Position numbers and translations under genes: made by a program | Assembly: GCA_963669175.1 (NCBI GenBank) | Contig: OY769902.1 | Coordinates: 5,120,001 to 5,184,000, forward strand | Source: a bacterium | Lineage (GTDB): Bacteria > Electryoneota > Electryoneia > Electryoneales > Electryoneaceae | Length of the DNA stretch: 64,000 nt | Reading direction: 5' to 3' | Shown: in pieces, positions 10,729-19,791 of the stretch | Layout of the letters: each line of letters opens with the position of its first letter | Numbering within the stretch: position 1 is the stretch's first letter | Notes under the pieces: model-generated | The model's database searches: none | Told to the model about the DNA's origin: nothing | The model's input: the letters and a program-made list of their open reading frames with translations, nothing else

Positions 10729-10812
10729 ATTTCACCTGTTGTCTCCCACTGGAAAGTACTGCACCGACAAGCGGCTGTAAACGGCTTTCTTCATTTCCAC
10801 AGTGATTGAGTG

Positions 10813-10848
10813 AAAACCGGGACAGCCCCAAAAGGAGCAGTCCCGGTA
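10813..10848 (-). terminator. Terminator-like hairpin after the HEAT-repeat gene
   Basis: ACCGGGAC..GTCCCGGT preceded by AAAA; near-identical to 51916-51950. Confidence 0.6.
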
Positions 10849-10878
10849 TCTTTCTACAAAACTGGAAGAAGATCAAAA

Positions 10879-12135
10879 CTAGCTGATCTTATCAATTGCT
10901 TTCTGGGCTTCTTTTGCAACATAGGAATCAGAATCAGTCCTGAGTTCCTGCAACCTGGGCAGCGCTTTCCGCGCCGGACGTCCAATATTGCCCAGCACAG
11001 TGCAGGCAGCGCCACGCTGTTGAACACTGGATGAGCTCAGCAGGCGAATCATATCCGGGACGATTTCTTCACCCATATTCGACAATGCCAGCACCGCCGC
11101 ATAACGTGCGCCTGCATCGCTGTCCGCCAGACGTGTGATCAGGATCGGTTTCGCACGGTCGCGTACACTTTCCCAACGCATCACCACCTGGATTGCGCCT
11201 TCACGAATATTGCCATTGTTGCTTTTCATGGCGTCCAGCATCTTGTCCCCGGCGGCGTCCGCGCCAATCGAAGTCAAGGTGCCAATGGTCTCGCGACGCA
11301 TATCCTTGTCTTTATCATTAAGCGCCTGGATTAATTCATCCAGAACGACAATGGCCGCTGGCCCGGTACGACCAATCGCACGAACTGCAGCCACACGCAT
11401 TTTCGGATCTTTATCCTTAAACGCTTCAGTCAAATACGGAAGCGCCTCTTCTACATTGCCGGTAGCTTCACCGAGCACCTGGCAGGCAAGCAACTTCTGC
11501 TCCGATGTTCCATCCTGCAGCCAGCCCATCATATGCTCGACAGTCTTGGAGCCCATTTTCCCCATGGCCTCTACCGCTACAGTGCGCGTACGGGAACGCT
11601 GGGCGGCCTCCATCATGCGTGGAATCGCCTCTGAGGCTCCAGGTCCGATATTACCCAGAGCTTCCAGAATCTTTATCTGTGTGGTGAAATCCGCCGTCAG
11701 AAGCAATCGCGCCAGCATGGGAGTAACATCTGCTGATTGCTCTCCAAAAGAGCCAAGCGCCTGGGCACAATACGCTATCATGTTCTCATCAATACCATCA
11801 ATGCCTTCCACCAGGAGCGGCTTGGCTTTTAAAGCGTTTGGCCCCATCTGGGCAAAAACCTGGGCGATCACATACCGCTCTTCCTTGTTCTCTGTCGCTT
11901 CCCATTTCTTCATCAGGAAAGGAGTCGCCTCAACGCCCATTTCAACCATGGCGTTAAAAGCACGTTCCTGGGTACGCTCATGTTCACCGAACAACCGGCG
12001 ATACCAGTTGCTGAAAGGGATACCATCATAGCTGGGTTCAACAGCCGAACAGGTGATTAAAAAAATCGGCAATAACAGTAATAAAAGTGTTAGTCCCAGA
12101 AGTTTACGCTGAATAGGCTGCAAGTAATACCGCAT
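10879..12135 (-). CDS. HEAT-repeat protein with N-terminal signal/anchor
   Basis: Repeated 'ALGxIGPxAxxAxPxL'; start moved to ATG 12135 (GGGGAG upstream). Confidence 0.85.
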   Translation of the reverse strand: MRYYLQPIQRKLLGLTLLLLLLPIFLITCSAVEPSYDGIPFSNWYRRLFGEHERTQERAFNAMVEMGVEATPFLMKKWEATENKEERYVIAQVFAQMGPNALKAKPLLVEGIDGIDENMIAYCAQALGSFGEQSADVTPMLARLLLTADFTTQIKILEALGNIGPGASEAIPRMMEAAQRSRTRTVAVEAMGKMGSKTVEHMMGWLQDGTSEQKLLACQVLGEATGNVEEALPYLTEAFKDKDPKMRVAAVRAIGRTGPAAIVVLDELIQALNDKDKDMRRETIGTLTSIGADAAGDKMLDAMKSNNGNIREGAIQVVMRWESVRDRAKPILITRLADSDAGARYAAVLALSNMGEEIVPDMIRLLSSSSVQQRGAACTVLGNIGRPARKALPRLQELRTDSDSYVAKEAQKAIDKIS

Positions 12136-12345
12136 ATTCTCCCCCCTGTACATGTTTGAAAAACCATCATTCATGTTGGAATCAACTGCCACTATAATGG
12201 AAGCAAGAAAGAGTGTACAACCGAACCGTCTGTTCTGCAAGTCTTTCTACCCATTAAACATCAGACGCCTGTACCTCCAAAAGACAACAAACCGCTCCTG
12301 GAGAGCAACGCGCGGCTTGACCTTTTGTAAACGACCTACTAATTT

Positions 12346-12381
12346 ATCGATTGATTTAATCATATGATTAAGTCTATTGAT
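12346..12381. promoter_or_regulatory. Probable TetR operator just downstream of a candidate promoter
   Basis: Perfect palindrome TTAATCATATGATTAA (12356-12371) extends to an imperfect 36-bp inverted repeat; TTGACC at 12317. Confidence 0.7.
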
Positions 12382-12469
12382 TAACCCAGTGAGCGCCGAT
12401 GAATTGTGGACCGTTACACGTGAAGTGAATGATCCTGCTTGTCATACGGGAAAAGACAGGAAAGCTTTT

Positions 12470-13198
12470 ATGGATGCACAGAAAAACAGTACTGGCGATA
12501 CAGATCAGGCATGGGCTGAGCTAAGACAAACGGTCATGTCCATGCAGCGCGAAGCGCCGCCGGAGCTGGAGTCGCCTGATCCGGAGACCCCGGAAGGACG
12601 CATTTTCCAGGCGGCGCTGGAGTTGTTTGCCGAAAACGGGTTTGATGGGACCAGCACACGTGCGATTGCGGAACGCGCCAACGTCAATCTTGCCATGATA
12701 CACTATTATTTCGGCACAAAGGTCAAGCTGTACAGACGAATCGTTTCCAGCGCCATTCGTACGATTTTTAAGAAAGTCGCCCTGGACAGAATTGATATGC
12801 TGACCCCTGAGGAATTTCTGCTCACTTATCCGGCCCGGGTAATGGCGGTATTTCGCAACCATCCTCTGCACGCTCGGGTGATGCAGAGTGAAATCGCCGG
12901 TGGGGCCAGGCACCTTCGCGAAACGATTGCCGAGATGGGCCCATTTGGTCCTCTGGGTTTCCGCAACCTCTTCTCCATGGTTTACAGCGCCGGTGTTGAT
13001 CGTAACACACTGCATGATCTTCCGCCGATGGATATTCTGCGCATCATGCTGGCAACCGCATTCGGTCTATTCCTGGCGGCCCCTTTCGCAGAGTATGTGA
13101 CCGGTGCGGATTATTCTGACGAGGCGTTCTGGGACAGCCAGATGAAAACGCTATCCTTTTTGATGCGAAACGGGCTTTCCACGGAGGCAAAGCCATGA
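12470..13198 (+). CDS. TetR/AcrR family regulator
   Basis: HTH 'GFDGTSTRAIAERANVNLAMIHYYFGTK'. Confidence 0.92.
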   Translation: MDAQKNSTGDTDQAWAELRQTVMSMQREAPPELESPDPETPEGRIFQAALELFAENGFDGTSTRAIAERANVNLAMIHYYFGTKVKLYRRIVSSAIRTIFKKVALDRIDMLTPEEFLLTYPARVMAVFRNHPLHARVMQSEIAGGARHLRETIAEMGPFGPLGFRNLFSMVYSAGVDRNTLHDLPPMDILRIMLATAFGLFLAAPFAEYVTGADYSDEAFWDSQMKTLSFLMRNGLSTEAKP

Positions 13199-14505
13199 TA
13201 CACACTTTCCCGAAGCCCCCTGTCGTTGTTCTGATTCTGTTACTCTTGCCAACAATACTACTGGCGCAGGAATACTCGCTTGATCAGTGCATTGAGGAAG
13301 CGCTTGCGACATCACACCTGTTGCTGGCGGGGCATGCGGAGGCGGATGCGGCGCGTGCAGCGCGTGAAAAGGCTGAAGCGGAACTCTGGCCTGTCCTTGG
13401 CTTAACCGGTTCCTATTCATGGGTCAGCGAGACCATGGAACTGAACCTGTCAGATCGTCTTCCGATCCCCGGCCTGAATCTTCCATCCATCGAATTTGGT
13501 GACGGGACAACAACCGACCTGGCCCTGGCGGCCCAGGCAACACTATATGCCGGTGGCGCCAAACGAGCGGCCATCCGTGCCAACCGGGCGTCGGAACAAG
13601 CTGCACATTTCGAGATTGCCACGGACAGCCTTGAACTGGTTAAACAGGTTCAGGCGGTTTATTATCGTACTCTTGGCGCGCAAGCTGGCACTCGTGCCGC
13701 AAGCAGCAGTGTCGCCAGATTGGAAAGGCATCTTGCTTCTGTTCGCCAGACACGTGAAAACGGTATGGCGACACGTGAAGCCGAACTTCTATTCCTTTCA
13801 CATCTGCAAAAAGCAAAGCAGGCGTTTCTGAATGCCGAGTTGGAAGCTTCCTCTTCCCGCCTGCTGTTGGGACTTCTGACCGGTCACCCCGGTGAAGAGA
13901 TTCATCCGGTCGACAACCTTGAGCAGAGCTTGTTGCCGGTGCAGATCATCCCGGATCTGGCCCTCGCCACCCGTCCCGAAATCGCAGTGATTAACAGGCA
14001 TGTGGAGATGCTTGATCATACCCAGCGCGCAGTGAAAGGATCGTACCTGCCGAAAGTGGATATTCAGGGCGCCTATCACTACGGAAAACCCGGCGTGGAT
14101 ATGATCGCGGGCGACTGGATGGATTATGCCACGATCGGAGTCAATCTTTCCTGGGTTTTATGGGACTGGGGTGGACGCTCCAGGCAGCTTCAACAGGTCA
14201 AAGCGTCGCAGCGCGCCCTTTCTCAATCTCGCGCCGGACTCGAAAAAAGTCTGACCAACCAGTATATCGATGCGCGGAATCGTTATCAAAATGCGAGTGA
14301 CCTTCTTTCCAGCGCAAATGACCTGCTTGTTATTGAACGTGAAAGATATAGCCTGGTTCAGTCACGCTATGATCAGGGCATGGCCACGGAAACCGAACTT
14401 CTGGACGCCCAGGACGACCTTACCCTGGCAGAAATCGAACTGGCAGTTACTACAGCCGGACTACGGATGGCAGAAGTCAACCTGATTCACGCTGCCGGAA
14501 ACTGA
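13195..14505 (+). CDS. TolC family outer-membrane efflux protein
   Basis: Signal peptide, 'RPEI', 'RYDQGMATETELLDAQ'; ATGA overlap with tetR. Confidence 0.9.
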   Translation: MIHTFPKPPVVVLILLLLPTILLAQEYSLDQCIEEALATSHLLLAGHAEADAARAAREKAEAELWPVLGLTGSYSWVSETMELNLSDRLPIPGLNLPSIEFGDGTTTDLALAAQATLYAGGAKRAAIRANRASEQAAHFEIATDSLELVKQVQAVYYRTLGAQAGTRAASSSVARLERHLASVRQTRENGMATREAELLFLSHLQKAKQAFLNAELEASSSRLLLGLLTGHPGEEIHPVDNLEQSLLPVQIIPDLALATRPEIAVINRHVEMLDHTQRAVKGSYLPKVDIQGAYHYGKPGVDMIAGDWMDYATIGVNLSWVLWDWGGRSRQLQQVKASQRALSQSRAGLEKSLTNQYIDARNRYQNASDLLSSANDLLVIERERYSLVQSRYDQGMATETELLDAQDDLTLAEIELAVTTAGLRMAEVNLIHAAGN

Positions 14506-14539
14506 TAGTACTAAACCTTCGTGTCAAACGGAGTTTCTC

Positions 14540-15442
14540 ATGAAGCAAACAGTTTTTATTCTCGCATTATTCAGCTTGATCACCCTCATGGCAGGTTGCA
14601 GTGAGAACGGTGAATCCAACTGGCCTTCGGGCACATTGGAAGCAACAGAAGTCAACCTTTCAACGGCGTTGGCGGGTAAAGTCCTTGAAGTTCGCCATGA
14701 TCAGGGCGACCGTGTGCAAAAAGGCGATACCCTGCTGATCCTGGACACGGAACTGATCTCTTTGCAGCGTGAACAGACCGCTACAGGATTACAATCCGTG
14801 AACGCCAACCGTTCTGTGGCAAAGGATCGTCTACAGCAGGCAGAGGAAAGCCTGAAGCTGGCGGAAACGACACTGGCACGTATCGAGAATCTGGCTAACG
14901 CAGGTTCGGTCACCAAACAGCAACTTGACGAAGCCAGAACACAACGCGACATCGCATCATCGAATGTATCAGCCGCGAAAAACAGCATCCGGGCCATTGA
15001 TGCCGAAGCTCAGCGACTGAATGCGACGCTGGCAGTCTTTGACCGTCAACTTGCTGATGGTATGCTGGTGTCACCACTTAGTGGAACAATTCTGCTTCGC
15101 GCCTGTGAACCGGGTGAGATGATTGCTCCGGCAAGTGTGGCGTTCCGTATTGCAAACCTTGAAAGCCTGGAACTCCGGGTTTACCTGAACGAGAAAGATG
15201 TGGACCAGGTTCGTATCGGTCAGCAGGTCGAGGTCAAAGTAGACGCCATGGAAGGGCAATCCTTAAAGGGAAAAGTATCCTGGATCAGCCCGGAAGCGGA
15301 GTTTACCCCGAAAAACGTGCAGACTCGAGATGCTCGCGCCCAACTGGTTTACGCAGTCAAACTGGAATTGCCCAATCCTGATGGCAGGCTTCATATCGGG
15401 ATGCCGGCAGAAGCCAACCTCGGAGACAGCTCCCATGAGTGA
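14540..15442 (+). CDS. HlyD/YbhG-like membrane fusion protein
   Basis: Lipobox MAGC, lipoyl-like halves, 'AEFTPKNVQT'. Confidence 0.92.
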   Translation: MKQTVFILALFSLITLMAGCSENGESNWPSGTLEATEVNLSTALAGKVLEVRHDQGDRVQKGDTLLILDTELISLQREQTATGLQSVNANRSVAKDRLQQAEESLKLAETTLARIENLANAGSVTKQQLDEARTQRDIASSNVSAAKNSIRAIDAEAQRLNATLAVFDRQLADGMLVSPLSGTILLRACEPGEMIAPASVAFRIANLESLELRVYLNEKDVDQVRIGQQVEVKVDAMEGQSLKGKVSWISPEAEFTPKNVQTRDARAQLVYAVKLELPNPDGRLHIGMPAEANLGDSSHE

Positions 15443-16388
15443 TCGCTTCGATCACAAGAGGGGTGATGTACTGCTTCGAATCCAGGACCTGCACAAGAGC
15501 TATGGTGCAACCAGGGCAGTGCAAGGGTTGAGCCTCGAGGTACATTCCGGTGAAATCGTGGGTCTGATCGGCCCTGACGGCGCTGGGAAAACCTCCACCA
15601 TGCGAATCGTCTGCGGCCTGCTTCTGCCGGATCAAGGATACGCCCAGATCAAAGGATTCGATTCGGTTAAAGAACACAAGAAAATCAAACATCATATCGG
15701 GTATATGCCGCAACGATTCAGCCTGTACCCGGACCTGTCCATTGCCGAAAACCTGAAATTCTTTGCCGACCTGTATCTCGTTTCGGGAAAAGAACGGGAA
15801 GAACGGGAACGCCAGGTCTATCATTTCAGCAAACTGGAACCATTCAAGAAACGTCGTGCCGGGGCTCTTTCCGGCGGCATGAAGCAGAAGCTGGCGCTGG
15901 GGTGTACGTTGATTCATACGCCCGATGTCCTGATCCTTGATGAACCGACTACCGGTGTCGATCCGGTTTCACGAAAAGAATTCTGGGCTATCCTCCGCGA
16001 CTTGCGTGAACAGGGATTGGCCCTCCTGGTCAGCACTCCCTATATGGACGAAGCGGAGCTATGCGACCGTGTTGTTCTGATGCACCAGGGACAGGCAATC
16101 GCAAAAGGGACACCGGAAGAAATCACAGGTACTTTCAATAAACACCTGCTGGAGATTTCCGGCGCTGACGCGATCAAGGCACACGGCAGCTTGCAGGAAA
16201 AGCCGCTTGAAGGAGTATCCAGTTTCCGTTTCGGTGACAGCATGCACATTGTTTCTATCAGTGATGTAGCAGTCAAGAAGGTTTATGAAAGGATGATTCC
16301 CTACCAGGTTTCGGTGAAAGAAATCGCCCCGACCGTGGAAGATGCCTTCGTAAACCTGCTGCCCTCTGCGGACGAGGAGGCGGCATGA
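15435..16388 (+). CDS. ABC transporter ATP-binding protein (YbhF-like, first half)
   Basis: GPDGAGKT, LSGGMKQK, LDEPTTGVD. Confidence 0.93.
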   Translation: MSDRFDHKRGDVLLRIQDLHKSYGATRAVQGLSLEVHSGEIVGLIGPDGAGKTSTMRIVCGLLLPDQGYAQIKGFDSVKEHKKIKHHIGYMPQRFSLYPDLSIAENLKFFADLYLVSGKEREERERQVYHFSKLEPFKKRRAGALSGGMKQKLALGCTLIHTPDVLILDEPTTGVDPVSRKEFWAILRDLREQGLALLVSTPYMDEAELCDRVVLMHQGQAIAKGTPEEITGTFNKHLLEISGADAIKAHGSLQEKPLEGVSSFRFGDSMHIVSISDVAVKKVYERMIPYQVSVKEIAPTVEDAFVNLLPSADEEAA

Positions 16389-17119
16389 CAAACATGAATG
16401 AACGCGCCGTCATCGCACATGGTCTGACCCGCCGCTTCGGGAAATTCACGGCTGTTGATCATATCGACCTGGAAGTGGATCGTGGTGAGATCTTCGGTTT
16501 TCTTGGCGCCAACGGCGCCGGAAAAACCACAGCCATCCGCATGTTGTGTGGGCTGCTTTCGCCTTCAGACGGTCAAGCGTGGGTGGATGGAGTGGCAGTC
16601 CACGAGAAACCGGAAGCGATTAAACGCCATATCGGGTACATGAGCCAGAAATTCAGCCTGTACAATGACCTGACAGTCTGGGAGAATCTTGAATTTTATG
16701 GCGGGATTTACCGTCTGACCAAACAGGAAATCCGTGAACGCGGCGAGCACCTGCTGGAACGTGTGGGCTTGACGGATCGCCGCAATGTTCTGACCGTATC
16801 ACTTCCCCTGGGGTACAAGCAACGGCTGGCTTTAGGAGTGGCAGCGCTGCATCAACCTCATATCCTTTTCCTTGACGAGCCGACTGGCGGGGTTGATCCC
16901 ATGGCTCGTCGCGACTTCTGGGATCTCATCTATGACCTGTCCGCACAGGGAACCACCATTTTTGTGACCACGCATTACATGGACGAAGCGGAATACTGCG
17001 GACGAGTGTCCATCATGGTCAAAGGACGTATCGAAGCGCTGAACAGCCCCGCGGTGTTGAAGCAGGAATGGCAGACGAAGACAATGCAGGATGTATTCCT
17101 GAAGGTGGTAGACGCATGA
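16385..17119 (+). CDS. ABC transporter ATP-binding protein (YbhF-like, second half)
   Basis: GANGAGKT, LPLGYKQR, LDEPTGGVD, TTHYMDEAE. Confidence 0.93.
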   Translation: MTNMNERAVIAHGLTRRFGKFTAVDHIDLEVDRGEIFGFLGANGAGKTTAIRMLCGLLSPSDGQAWVDGVAVHEKPEAIKRHIGYMSQKFSLYNDLTVWENLEFYGGIYRLTKQEIRERGEHLLERVGLTDRRNVLTVSLPLGYKQRLALGVAALHQPHILFLDEPTGGVDPMARRDFWDLIYDLSAQGTTIFVTTHYMDEAEYCGRVSIMVKGRIEALNSPAVLKQEWQTKTMQDVFLKVVDA

Positions 17120-18222
17120 AAAGAATCCTTGCTATAGCCTGGAAAGAAATGCTGCACATCCTGCGTGACCCGCGCAGTCTTGGCGTAGCGATCCTGATGC
17201 CCGCCGCCATGATGTTGCTGTTCGGGTATGCTATCGACATGGAGCTGAAAGACCTGAGGGTGGGGATTCTGGATATGGATCAGTCGACAGCGTCACGCAC
17301 GCTGATCCGCGAAATGACCAGCTCTGGTTTTATCGTGGAAGCGAAACGGTTGCATTCACGTGATCAGATCGATCCCGGGTTCCGCAGAAATGAATTCTAC
17401 GCCGCGATAATCATTCCACGCGGGTATGAAGAATCGCTGGCTACGGAACCTGTTACCCGTGTGCAGGCGATTATAGACGGCGCCGACGGTTCGACAGCTA
17501 CCTCCGTTTCCATATACCTGCAAGCAGTCATTCAGCGAATCAATACGTCGATGGCATCCTCGGCAGGCGGGAATGTAGCCATGCCCATCGAAGCAAGGAT
17601 GCGTTTCCTGTTCAATCCACAGTTACGTAGCGCTGATTTTATTGTTCCGGGCCTTGCTGCGCTGGTGCTGATGATGATTTGCGCCCTGCTGACCAGCATT
17701 GCGGTAACACGAGAAAAAGAAACCGGCACACTGGAGCAGATTCTGACTACACCGGTTGCGCCGGGACAGGTGATTATCGGGAAAGTGATTCCCTATACCC
17801 TGCTCTCGGCCTTGGATACTGCGCTGATCCTTGGCGTGGGCTACTGGGTGTTTGATGTGCCGATGCGGGGGAATTGGTTTGTCCTGGCAGGATACTCCTT
17901 CATATACCTGCTTATTGCTCTGGGCTTGGGACTTGTGATCTCTGCCGTATCCAAAACGCAGCAGGTTGCCATGATGCTGGCGCTGGTGGCTACGTTGCTG
18001 CCCACGATGCTGCTGTCCGGGTTCGTGTTTGATCATTCAAGTATGCCGGTCATCCTTCAATGGATCGGGCAGATTATCCCGGCGACTCATTACTTGAAGG
18101 TTGTACGCGGGGTGATGCTTGTCGGACGATCATGGTTCCCGGTTCAACTGGCGGTTTTGAGTGGCATGGCGGTGTTTCTGCTCGTGGTTGCGGTAAAACG
18201 GTTCAATGTGAGGTTGGATTAG
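17116..18222 (+). CDS. ABC-2 permease (YbhS-like)
   Basis: 'KEMLHILRDPR', 'REKETGTLEQIL'. Confidence 0.92.
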   Translation: MKRILAIAWKEMLHILRDPRSLGVAILMPAAMMLLFGYAIDMELKDLRVGILDMDQSTASRTLIREMTSSGFIVEAKRLHSRDQIDPGFRRNEFYAAIIIPRGYEESLATEPVTRVQAIIDGADGSTATSVSIYLQAVIQRINTSMASSAGGNVAMPIEARMRFLFNPQLRSADFIVPGLAALVLMMICALLTSIAVTREKETGTLEQILTTPVAPGQVIIGKVIPYTLLSALDTALILGVGYWVFDVPMRGNWFVLAGYSFIYLLIALGLGLVISAVSKTQQVAMMLALVATLLPTMLLSGFVFDHSSMPVILQWIGQIIPATHYLKVVRGVMLVGRSWFPVQLAVLSGMAVFLLVVAVKRFNVRLD

Positions 18223-18224
18223 AT

Positions 18225-18506
18225 CATTGGACCCAGCATTGGCTCACATTGGCCCCGCATTGGCTCACATTGGCCCCGCCAGCTTGCTGGCGGTGGTCTA
18301 TTCTAAATAGAAGAAGTTAGTCATTATAAAACAATCAATTACAAACACAAACAAATAGACAACCCGCTGCCGGGGTTGATGATATTACTGATCCTCAATT
18401 CCCACCGTAAGCGCCAAACAAACGGCGCTGGACGGAGGGCTAATACAGGGAACCACTGCCGTGGTTCATGAAGTTGATGAAAAGGTAACTGTACCAGATT
18501 TTTCGC
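18225..18506. repeat. Intra-operon repeat cluster: 2x21-bp tandem, a REP hairpin, a free MITE-A internal module and half of repeat module B
   Basis: GCATTGGCTCACATTGGCCCC at 18236 and 18257; CCGCCAGCTTGCTGGCGG; 18360-18467 matches the MITE-A interior; GAAAAGGTAACTGTACCAG. Confidence 0.8.
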
Positions 18507-18543
18507 ACATCGCAAACAGAAACAAGAAAGCATTGAGGGTTGT

Positions 18544-19674
18544 ATGCAGCCCATCATATACCTGGTAAGAAAAGAATTTCGGCAAGTGTTCCGTGACAAG
18601 GCCATGGTACGGATCATCTTTGTCGTGCCCATGCTTCAGCTCCTGGTGCTGGCATATGCTATTACGCTGGATCTGAAAGATGTGAAGCTCACCTTCCTGG
18701 ATCAGGATCAGACCGCGCAGAGCCGAAAGTTGGTTGATTCCTATTTCAGCACGGAGCTGTTCAAATCGTCAGGAATAGCAGCGAATAATCCGGGAGAATT
18801 GCAAGAAGCGTTGATACAGGCAAAAACAGGGCTGGCGATCTGGATACCTCGTGGCTATGCTCAGGCTATCGCGCGTGGAACTCAAGCGACTGTCAGCATA
18901 CAGGTTGACGGCACCAACTCCTCCCTTGCCGGACAGGCGGCCGGATACGCCAATGCACTGGTGCAGATGGAAGCCATGCGATTGCTTGAAGAGAAACTCC
19001 TGGCAAATCCCACGCAAACAGCCCAAATCCACCGTATCGAGCTGGTGAGTCGCTACTTCTACAATCCAGAACTGGAAAGCCGCTATTTCATGGTGCCGGC
19101 TATTGTGGTGTTGCTGATAACGATCATCTCAACCATGTTGACCGGTATGGCTGTGGTGCGTGAAAAGGAAATCGGCACCCTTGAACAACTGATGGTCACT
19201 CCAATTACTCCGATTCAACTGATCGCCGGAAAGACGATTCCGTTCGCCGTGCTTTCCTTTCTCGAACTAACCATCGCAACCACCTTTGCCGTATTGTGGT
19301 TCAAGCTACCCCTGGAAGGTTCAATTCTTGTGCTGGCGTTGGCTGTTTTTGCTTACCTGCTGGTCACACTCGGGATCGGTTTGCTGACATCTACCATCTC
19401 CTCAACTCAGCAGCAGGCCATGTTTACCATCTGGTTCCTGCTCGTGTTCGGTATCCTGATGAGTGGGTTCTTCTTCCCCATTGACAATATGCCTCACTGG
19501 GCACAATACATGACTTATATGAACCCATTGAGGTATATCGTAGCAATTGTACGTGGGATTTTCCTGAAAGGGGCCACACTTGCCGATATCATGCCGAATT
19601 TATTGCCGTTGTTCGGCTTGGGATTGATGATATTCTCCACGGCAATCGTGAGGTTCAGGAAGAGAGTCGGGTAA
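18544..19674 (+). CDS. ABC-2 permease (YbhR-like)
   Basis: 'KEFRQVFRD', 'REKEIGTLEQLMVTP'. Confidence 0.92.
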   Translation: MQPIIYLVRKEFRQVFRDKAMVRIIFVVPMLQLLVLAYAITLDLKDVKLTFLDQDQTAQSRKLVDSYFSTELFKSSGIAANNPGELQEALIQAKTGLAIWIPRGYAQAIARGTQATVSIQVDGTNSSLAGQAAGYANALVQMEAMRLLEEKLLANPTQTAQIHRIELVSRYFYNPELESRYFMVPAIVVLLITIISTMLTGMAVVREKEIGTLEQLMVTPITPIQLIAGKTIPFAVLSFLELTIATTFAVLWFKLPLEGSILVLALAVFAYLLVTLGIGLLTSTISSTQQQAMFTIWFLLVFGILMSGFFFPIDNMPHWAQYMTYMNPLRYIVAIVRGIFLKGATLADIMPNLLPLFGLGLMIFSTAIVRFRKRVG

Positions 19675-19737
19675 CGCCTGGCATTATAAAATATGGATGG
19701 GAATAGGTTGTGCTGTTCCCGACTTGCTCGATGGGAT

Positions 19738-19791
19738 CCCCGGCCAGGCATGGCCGGGCTACCTTTTTCACTGTCTACTTTTTTCACTTCC
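19738..19791 (-). repeat. GTAG-footed REP hairpin plus an AAGTGAAAAA short-repeat tract
   Basis: Minus strand reads GAAGTGAAAAAAGTAGACAGTGAAAAAG-GTAGCCCGGCCATGCCTGGCCGGG. Confidence 0.7.
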
